This document shows positions 57,306 through 64,000 of a stretch of DNA of 64,000 nucleotides, piece by piece (within the stretch, counting starts at the first letter, position 1; each line of letters begins with the position of its first letter). This DNA comes from a virus (Duplodnaviria; Caudoviricetes), in IMG/VR virus record IMGVR_UViG_2582581306_000002, positions 1 through 64,000 of that record; one strand, 5' to 3'. The notes under the pieces were generated by a model that searched no databases, had not been told where the DNA came from, and saw nothing but the letters and a program-made list of their open reading frames with translations. The position numbers were made by a program, and so were the translations under genes.

Positions 57306-58834
57306 GCTGCCAATCCTGATCTTGATTTGCGTTTTGGAGTGGTGGGGGTACCACCGTTGCGGACCTCGTCGGCCATCTGCGCGTGCTGGCGCAGGGCATC
57401 GGCGGCGTGCTGGTGACCGTTCTTCTGAGGCTCTTCGGACCAGTTCTGGTTCCGGACGTTCCACTGCTTCCGGTAACCTTCGAGATGCTTGAGGCCGGCA
57501 TCGCAGTTCACCGCGTCGAAATAGTAGGTCGAAAACTGCTCGCGCAGCGCGGGGATGCCGACGCCATTCAGATCGGGCGTCCTGGGGACGATGACGATGT
57601 TGCGCAGCTTGAGCTCTTCCAGCATGTCCGCCGGTGTCTTCAACTGCTTCGCGTCGGGCCGTCTCTGGTTGCCGTCGTGCGGCAGGAAATGGCGGCCCCA
57701 GATGTAACCCATCGCCTCCATCTGCTTCACGAAGTAGGAATAGGCCTCGCCGGATCCTTCAATGAAGTTGATGAAGCAGTTCGCCTGCCCGACCTGCTGG
57801 TGAAACCAGATCGCGATGTCATCGCTGATACCAAGGTCCCAGAACGTGTTGACTGGCAGATCGGTGCGGTGTGGCACCAGCGTGATGCGGTTCTGCTTCC
57901 GGGCCAACACCAGCTGGTCGCGCAGATAGGTGCCCTCGGTGGAAATCTGAAACGCCTCGTCGAGATGCGTCGGATATTCCGTCCACATCTTCTCTTCGGC
58001 GCCTGAAAACGTGTTCTCCCGAGTGGCGACGTACCAGGCCCGCTTCGGAAGGCTGATCTCCGTCTTGATGATCGTTTCCATGCGGTCGAAATAGTCGTGA
58101 TCCTTCTTCGACATGACCACATAGGCGGGATCGACCTCGTACTCGTCGGCGTCCCACCAGGACGCGAAGTGCAGCCGGTAATCCTGCTTCGAAAGCTGTT
58201 TGCCTGAATCCTGCCTCTTCTTGGCGATCTGCACCATGTCGTAGTAGGCGCCGTCGCGACCCTTGGCGGTCGATTCGATGATCGTGATGCCGTTCTCGGC
58301 CGCCGGCAGGGCGCCGGTGATGATCTCCTCGGCCTTATCCGGCGAGTTGGCGCAGATCGCGCCGAACTCGGAGACATGGAGCCAGCTCAAGGTGTCGCCG
58401 CGCGCCGAGGTGGAAACCGTGATCGACGAGCCGTTGCCGAACGTCATTTCGTGGACGTTGTTGATCACATACGGCACCGCCTTGCGGATGAAGGCGGGGA
58501 GCTTGAAATAGGCGAACTTGATCTTCTGCCGCATGATCTTCGCGGCAATGGTCTGGTCCTGGGCGATGACGGCACCGATCGTGTTCACAACGAAGAGGCA
58601 GGCGTCCAGGATGACAAGTTGCGCCACGGTGGAGAAGCCGCGCTGGCGGGCCTTCGGGATGATGTTCCGGTACCAGAGGTCCTCTAGGAATTTCTCCTGC
58701 GCCTCGTTGGGCACGAACAGGACGGTCTGCTTGTCCTTGTCGAGGATGTAGTAGAGGTTCCTGATCCGCCACATAGGGTTTTTCAGGTTCTCTTTCAGCG
58801 CGGCTTCCGTCATGCCTCGGAGGTGCTCGTACAT
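57302..58834 (-). CDS. terL: Terminase large subunit
   Basis: KARQRGFST Walker A, LHVSEFG Walker B, IESTA, FWDLG, HAADALR. Confidence 0.93.
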   Translation of the reverse strand: MYEHLRGMTEAALKENLKNPMWRIRNLYYILDKDKQTVLFVPNEAQEKFLEDLWYRNIIPKARQRGFSTVAQLVILDACLFVVNTIGAVIAQDQTIAAKIMRQKIKFAYFKLPAFIRKAVPYVINNVHEMTFGNGSSITVSTSARGDTLSWLHVSEFGAICANSPDKAEEIITGALPAAENGITIIESTAKGRDGAYYDMVQIAKKRQDSGKQLSKQDYRLHFASWWDADEYEVDPAYVVMSKKDHDYFDRMETIIKTEISLPKRAWYVATRENTFSGAEEKMWTEYPTHLDEAFQISTEGTYLRDQLVLARKQNRITLVPHRTDLPVNTFWDLGISDDIAIWFHQQVGQANCFINFIEGSGEAYSYFVKQMEAMGYIWGRHFLPHDGNQRRPDAKQLKTPADMLEELKLRNIVIVPRTPDLNGVGIPALREQFSTYYFDAVNCDAGLKHLEGYRKQWNVRNQNWSEEPQKNGHQHAADALRQHAQMADEVRNGGTPTTPKRKSRSGLAA

Positions 58835-59382
58835 CAGGCCCCCTTCGGCTTGATGCTGTGGCCGGAGATTTCGGACATGAAATCTGCGAGCGGGCTATCG
58901 GGCTCGACGTCGTGCTTGATGTTCTTGGTGTCGCGCCACTGGTCCGGCATCCGGTTCTTCAGCCAGAAGATGCCAGCGGCGGCGTTCGGCGGGACGTGCT
59001 CGATGACGGGCACATGCTCCGGCACACCGTCGACGATCATCACCTTGACCGAATCGAAGCTGTAACCGGTTGCCAGCTTGTACAGGCTGTCCTGAACCTT
59101 GGTGTCGGCCTCGGTCTTGCCGATCTTCAGGGCGTCGGCAAATTCCGGGTGCTCCAGCTTCCAGCGGTAGATGGTGCGGATATCGACAACCAGCGCATCA
59201 GCAACTTCGAGATCAGTGGCACCGAGCTTTGCCAGCGCCTTGGCGATCTGGATGAAACGATCTTCCCACAACGTGGGGCGGCCGACACGGGGGCGCTGTC
59301 TCTGCGGCTTCCGTTTCGCCTTTGCCTTCGTCTTCGGTTTGGCCGCCGGCTTTTTCGCGGGTGTCGCCTTGTCGACTGCCAT
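58834..59382 (-). CDS. terS: Terminase small subunit
   Basis: GRPT..LGATD.E.AD...TIYRW..EHPEF; AGIFWLKNR.PDQWRD. Confidence 0.85.
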   Translation of the reverse strand: MAVDKATPAKKPAAKPKTKAKAKRKPQRQRPRVGRPTLWEDRFIQIAKALAKLGATDLEVADALVVDIRTIYRWKLEHPEFADALKIGKTEADTKVQDSLYKLATGYSFDSVKVMIVDGVPEHVPVIEHVPPNAAAGIFWLKNRMPDQWRDTKNIKHDVEPDSPLADFMSEISGHSIKPKGA

Positions 59383-59972
59383 CAGTGCGGTTTTCTCCGC
59401 AATGCACCGGCGACAGAGGCGTAACGCTGCCCTGCAGGCTGGCGCCTATCCAGCACTTCGACGAGGTGAGAATTATCGGCAGAGCGTTGAACCTCTCCCT
59501 GCCCTGTTTCCCCGGTCTCTGAACTATCAGTATTATTTAAGTTTGGTTCTGGCTTTGGAATTACAGCGCTTATGCGTTGCATTTGCTCGGCACCGGCATT
59601 GTTTTTATTTACAGATTTCGAATGGTCAGTGACTTTTGGCTTTGGTTTCGTAGCGTTTTCAGCGCGTTTTCGGCTGATTTCCAGCGATTTCCCCATCTCC
59701 TCTTCGCAGCGGTGGTTGCTGATTTTCCCAGCCGAAGTGATATAAATTTTGCGAAGCGTAAGCAGTTCGGAGACCATCGCGCGGCACTTCCGGATGCTGC
59801 AATTCATTTGCCCGGCAAGCCACCGATCGTTGTTCTCGATCGGGCCGAACTCGTCATAGATGAGGTCCTGAATGGTCTGGTAGGCGCCTCGCTGTTCGAG
59901 CGTCATGGTGCGGTAGCCGTTCATGGCGTCCTGCTGATAGCGCCGGTGATACGGCATGGAGCGTCTACTCAT
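59382..59972 (-). CDS. YdaU/DUF1376-like replication protein
   Basis: PYHRRY..D...TMTLEQRGAY..I.DLIY; ISNHRC..E. Confidence 0.75.
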   Translation of the reverse strand: MSRRSMPYHRRYQQDAMNGYRTMTLEQRGAYQTIQDLIYDEFGPIENNDRWLAGQMNCSIRKCRAMVSELLTLRKIYITSAGKISNHRCEEEMGKSLEISRKRAENATKPKPKVTDHSKSVNKNNAGAEQMQRISAVIPKPEPNLNNTDSSETGETGQGEVQRSADNSHLVEVLDRRQPAGQRYASVAGALRRKPH

Positions 59973-60561
59973 CGGACACTCCTCCCTTCCAAAATTTACC
60001 CAAGACGATGCCACTCACGTGCGCTTGAGAGATGCCGAATAGCTTGGCGATCTCGACTTGACGCACTGTTCCCGCCATCTGGCGGATGGCGTCCACCTGA
60101 TGTTTTCTGAGTTTTGAAACCGGGGATTGTTCTCCTTGGAGGTATGTCCCGTGCCTCTTTCGGTCCGCCTGATTTTCGGATGGGCTTCCCCAGTAGATGT
60201 TGGTCAACCGGCAGTTCTTTGGAACGCCATTTCGGTGGCAAGCCAACTTTCCAGGCGGGCGTTCGCCAAGGAACGCATCTGCCACCAGCGTGTGGACGGA
60301 CCGCTGACGCTTTTCGTGCTCACGCCATAAGGTGACGCTGAGATAGCCCTTTGCGCTCGCTGTTGGGGTTAAGATTGTCTCTTTGAGATTGATGTAGCAT
60401 CCGTCCGGATTTCGGGACGATGGCTGACGCCAGACACGCCTACCGAGACTGCGGACACGCCCCATGTCCGAGACCTCGTAAAGCCCCTCAAACCCGGCGA
60501 TAGCCAGCCATCGCTCTTTCTTCAGTTCTTTGGCGGTCAACAGTATGGAGCGACGGCTCAT
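59965..60561 (-). CDS. NUMOD4-HNH homing endonuclease
   Basis: ERW..IAGFEGLYEVSDMGRVRS; VH.LVA.AFLG; CHRNG...N..LTNI.W....EN. Confidence 0.9.
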   Translation of the reverse strand: MSRRSILLTAKELKKERWLAIAGFEGLYEVSDMGRVRSLGRRVWRQPSSRNPDGCYINLKETILTPTASAKGYLSVTLWREHEKRQRSVHTLVADAFLGERPPGKLACHRNGVPKNCRLTNIYWGSPSENQADRKRHGTYLQGEQSPVSKLRKHQVDAIRQMAGTVRQVEIAKLFGISQAHVSGIVLGKFWKGGVSDE

Positions 60562-61241
60562 AGCATCGCCTCCTGCATCCTAACCGGTCGTATCGCCGGG
60601 TCGGCCTCGGCGAAGGTCCGGCCGCGCAATTGCCTGCAGACGGCATCGCGCACCTCCCTGCCAGTCATGAGCAGCGACATCTCTTGGATCATGAACCCGC
60701 GTGTGGCGCGTGACCCAGCTGAGATCTTGTATCTGGCGCACTCCGCCTGCAACTCGTTGGCCCACAGCATTTCGAGCATGTCGGAGCTGCGTAGTGGGTA
60801 TTTCTCCGAGATATCCCGCAGGTCGAACGTCCAAATCTGGCGATGGTTGGCGTCAGGGTCCGGGCGAGGGAAACGCCAGACATGCCTGCGCTTTGTGTAT
60901 TTTCCGAAGAACAGGGGATGGTTGAGATCAATGTACGGCGGAACGTCGTCACGCCAGCAAGCTTCGCGATATGGCGCGAAGTGTTTTTCGTGAGCCGCGA
61001 CAATGAGATAATGGCAGCACTTGCTGAACGCCTTCCACTGATCGTCGAGCCGCTTGAGCACGTCCTTCTTCGACTTGATCTCGACGCCGACGATGGCGGA
61101 TTCGGTAATAGCTGCCACGTCGATGCGGTTGGTACCTTGCCCGGCGCAATTCAATTCGTGCACGATGCGCGCCGACGGCAGGAGCTCCCGCAGTCTGGTC
61201 ACGACGGCGTCGCGCAACTCGCGTTCGTCTGGTGAGCTCAT
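60558..61241 (-). CDS. PD-(D/E)xK nuclease-like protein
   Basis: IVHE...RIDVAA...GVEIKS..D.L.RL..Q. Confidence 0.7.
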   Translation of the reverse strand: MSSPDERELRDAVVTRLRELLPSARIVHELNCAGQGTNRIDVAAITESAIVGVEIKSKKDVLKRLDDQWKAFSKCCHYLIVAAHEKHFAPYREACWRDDVPPYIDLNHPLFFGKYTKRRHVWRFPRPDPDANHRQIWTFDLRDISEKYPLRSSDMLEMLWANELQAECARYKISAGSRATRGFMIQEMSLLMTGREVRDAVCRQLRGRTFAEADPAIRPVRMQEAML

Positions 61242-61486
61242 GGCGCCCCCTTCTGTTCCAACTGGGCGGCCTCAAGGAACAGCCGGAAGCGATCGGCGAC
61301 GGCGCCCTTGGCGGTCTCCTCGCTGCCACTCCTGCCCGATGACGCCGCCAGAAAATTGCCGTTCAGCCAGAACCGCCATCGCCAGTGCTTCTCGCGACCG
61401 GCGGGCGGGAACACGGCGCCCATGTCGATCGCGCCTGTGCGGGCGATGCGACGATCCAGCGGGTATTGAGGTGTCGACCAGATCAA
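61238..61486 (-). CDS. Phage hypothetical protein
   Basis: GAVFPP..WRWRFW..SEE.AK; coupled ORF. Confidence 0.6.
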   Translation of the reverse strand: MIWSTPQYPLDRRIARTGAIDMGAVFPPAGREKHWRWRFWLNGNFLAASSGRSGSEETAKGAVADRFRLFLEAAQLEQKGAP

Positions 61487-61625
61487 GCGGCCTCCTCACT
61501 CGGGAGACGCCGACGGGTCGCGTCTGGCTGTCCCTCGACGATGTCGCGGATGATCTGGTCCGACGTGTCATCGCAGGCCGGAAGCCTGACGAGAACGACG
61601 TTCGGAGAACGGATGGCGCGGCGTC

Positions 61626-62693
61626 TCATGCTGCCTCCGCTCGGCGATCGCGATCAGCGATCAGTTCGGCATATCGTCCATGAATGCTGGATCTGTCGGT
61701 AAACGTGGGTTTGAAACCCAAGACGTGCGCGATGGCGCCACGGACGGTGCCGAGAATGTCTGCCTCTTGATCCGTGAGCATTCGGACCGGCCAACCTTTG
61801 ACGTAGAGCATGTCCTTCGTGATCGCCTTCTCGAAGCGGACACGCTCCTGCGCCTTGACCTTTGTTTCGGCAAGGCGGCGCTGCATCGAGGCATCGAGAA
61901 GATCGGGAGCGACGTCACCGAGCCATCTGGCGCCCTGGAAAGCGAATGTGCTTCTGCATTCCAGGTCGACCATGCTCCGGAAGAGATCGTGCGCTTCTGG
62001 CTGGGCAGCCGCGGCCGCAAGATCGCTCTGGTTCGACATAATGCAAAACCGGCAAGAAACACGGCTCATATTGAACTGGCGATAGGCCGGGTGCGGCTGC
62101 AGACCACTATCGTCGATCGATGCGAACACATCCTCGACGCTCCAGTCGAGAATTGGCCGCCAGTTCCACACCCTGCCCTCTCGATCGCTGTCGGCGATGG
62201 TGGCTTTCGCGCGCTTCGAACTCTCTGCCCGGCGGATACCGGTCACATTGATGACCGTCTGACCTTTGAAGCGACGCTTCAACTCGGCCAGGATGACATG
62301 CGTTTTCAGCTCCGAGGTGCAGAACCGCATTTCAGGGGTAGACCAGCACGGTATGACGGTGACGGTACTGAGCTTTTCATATCGGTCGGTGCTGAGCTCG
62401 AACCGGCGCTCCCAGCGCTGCATCAAGCCACCGGCTTTGCGACGCACCACAACGAGATCGCAGCCAAGATGCGCCGCAAGGGCTTCGCATACCGACAGCG
62501 AATCGTTCCACTCGACGGAGCCGAGGTCGCTGTGGATCAATATTCTAGGGCCGGTGTGCCCAATGCTATCGAGATGTGCGAACGTCGCCAAAGCGCAGGC
62601 TTGACTGTCTTTACCGCCTGAGACGCCAACAGCCACCGGCGCGCCGCCCCTGAGCAGCTCGGATATCTCCGGAATGATGGCGATCTGCATCAA
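61626..62693 (-). CDS. Phosphoadenosine phosphosulfate reductase family protein
   Basis: [11 protein letters not shown]-loop, [29 protein letters not shown]. Confidence 0.85.
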   Translation of the reverse strand: MMQIAIIPEISELLRGGAPVAVGVSGGKDSQACALATFAHLDSIGHTGPRILIHSDLGSVEWNDSLSVCEALAAHLGCDLVVVRRKAGGLMQRWERRFELSTDRYEKLSTVTVIPCWSTPEMRFCTSELKTHVILAELKRRFKGQTVINVTGIRRAESSKRAKATIADSDREGRVWNWRPILDWSVEDVFASIDDSGLQPHPAYRQFNMSRVSCRFCIMSNQSDLAAAAAQPEAHDLFRSMVDLECRSTFAFQGARWLGDVAPDLLDASMQRRLAETKVKAQERVRFEKAITKDMLYVKGWPVRMLTDQEADILGTVRGAIAHVLGFKPTFTDRSSIHGRYAELIADRDRRAEAA

Positions 62694-63067
62694 TCCGCCT
62701 CCGGCGCGTCGATCATGCCCAGGGCGGCGAGATAGGTGTCGAGGATCGCCTCCTGCTCCATCCGCTCGTCCTTGTCCTGCTTCCGGATCGCGATGACCTT
62801 TTTCAGAACCTTGGTGTCGAACCCGGTACCCTTGGCCTCGCCGTAGACGTCCTTGATGTCCTCGGCGATCGTCTTCTTTTCCTCTTCGAGCCGCTCGATG
62901 CGCTCGATGAACGAACGGAGCTGGGTGCGGGCGACCGTATGAGCGTCAGAGCTGCCGGTTTCCTTCGGTGAAAACGCCTCGATCTGGCGGGTATCGGTTT
63001 TCAGGGGGCGGCCCGCGGCCTCGGCGGTGACGGCTTTCGCGGCACCCGGTATGACTTTCATATTCAT
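62690..63067 (-). CDS. gapR: GapR/DUF2312 nucleoid-associated protein homolog
   Basis: [36 protein letters not shown]...[15 protein letters not shown]. Confidence 0.9.
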   Translation of the reverse strand: MNMKVIPGAAKAVTAEAAGRPLKTDTRQIEAFSPKETGSSDAHTVARTQLRSFIERIERLEEEKKTIAEDIKDVYGEAKGTGFDTKVLKKVIAIRKQDKDERMEQEAILDTYLAALGMIDAPEAD

Positions 63068-63510
63068 GACGCATCCTCGGTTTCGGTTTGAAAAACGGCG
63101 AGCCGCACCGCCTGCCCGCCAAGGGGCCGGCGTTTCAGCTTCCGGTGAATTTTCTTGATCTTCTGTTTCAGCTCGAACTCGGAGAGCTGCCGCATCCGCC
63201 GATGCGATCGGATGAAACCGAGGCGCACCGTTGTGATGACGCCGTTGCTGGGATCGATCTTCACGAAGAAGCGGCCGTTGCCGACATAGGGAACGCCGAA
63301 CGAAACCGCCAAGGCGATGCCGGGCGTATAGATGACGCGCTGGACATCAAGGATGGTGTAGCCCGCTGCCTTGCAGTGTGCCGCGGCGCAGGCGTACTCA
63401 GTCGGATAACCGCCGGGAGGTTCCGGCAGTTCGATCTCCAGGAGCCGCTGCACATAGCGGGTTACGGCATGGTAGCTGACATGCCTGGCGCATTCGGGAG
63501 GTCTGGCCAT
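63064..63510 (-). CDS. Phage hypothetical protein
   Basis: [12 protein letters not shown]; coupled to gapR. Confidence 0.6.
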   Translation of the reverse strand: MARPPECARHVSYHAVTRYVQRLLEIELPEPPGGYPTEYACAAAHCKAAGYTILDVQRVIYTPGIALAVSFGVPYVGNGRFFVKIDPSNGVITTVRLGFIRSHRRMRQLSEFELKQKIKKIHRKLKRRPLGGQAVRLAVFQTETEDAS

Positions 63511-63515
63511 TGCGG

Positions 63516-63728
63516 CTATCCCTCAACCGGGTCGCGAGCGTTCGCCTTGCCCTGAAAATGGTTGGCTGCCTGATGCAGCACCGCGAGGTTGCGCCGCTGC
63601 TGCTCGATTTCCGCCGCCGGGCGCGGTTTGCTGCCGGTGGAGAAGTTCGTAATCCAAGTTCGTTTGGAATCGGCCATACGGCGGAGGCCGTCGGCCATCT
63701 CTTGATGCGATAGATTATCGTGCCCCAT
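63516..63728 (-). CDS. Phage hypothetical protein
   Basis: AGGA SD, operon position. Confidence 0.55.
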   Translation of the reverse strand: MGHDNLSHQEMADGLRRMADSKRTWITNFSTGSKPRPAAEIEQQRRNLAVLHQAANHFQGKANARDPVEG

Positions 63729-64000
63729 GACTTCCTGCGCCCCAGAGGCGGCTAGGAAGCCGCCCGCATTAAATCTCGCTCCTGCTGGAGCCTCTGTATT
63801 TCGGCGTCGAGAGAGCGCCCCCGCTCAAGTTCGACAGCCGATTCAATCCATTCCGGCGACTGCCGCAGGCATGCACGGACCAGCGAAGGTCCGAATACCG
63901 ACAGAAGAACGCTGAAATGCTCCACGGATGGACGCGACCGCCGGTGCAGCCAGTTTTCGACGGATGCCGCCGAAATGCCGGTGCGGGACTGGACGTGATA

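Larger units (their letters stand above)
17981..64000. mobile_element. Podovirus-type prophage (F116/Bcep22-like gene set), continues past the window end
   Basis: att, lysis, N4-type capsid, portal, terminases, giant virion protein, replication-region genes. Confidence 0.92.

Noticed and set aside
1-64000. CRISPR array, diversity-generating retroelement, retron, IS element
   Set aside because: No spaced repeat array, reverse transcriptase or transposase motifs recognised

Overview
Rhizobiaceae-type chromosome window. A short host part (rlpA, tRNA-Ser(TGA)) is followed by an integration hotspot. At tRNA-Ser sit a large-serine-recombinase element (1688-7191), a decayed satellite-like element with a tyrosine integrase and an orphan tape-measure gene (7192-16304), and the left end of a third related element. 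From a tRNA-Cys 3' fragment (17981-18024) to beyond the window end lies a podovirus-type prophage resembling F116/Bcep22 (N4-gp56-family capsid, portal, terminases, 3337-aa polyvalent protein, two tailspike-like cassettes, tRNA-fMet, CsrA-like gene, GapR). Three highlights. (1) Six late-gene 5' leaders share a GCGCAUGANGUGC hairpin whose 3' arm overlaps a mutually exclusive Shine-Dalgarno-sequestering hairpin, a candidate translational ON-switch regulon with the phage CsrA-like protein as candidate activator. (2) A complete HNH endonuclease ORF is nested in the +1 frame inside the uninterrupted giant gene. (3) The serine integrase is split by its att site and would gain an in-frame C-terminal HTH on excision. 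All product calls come from motif recognition by eye; no searches were run.
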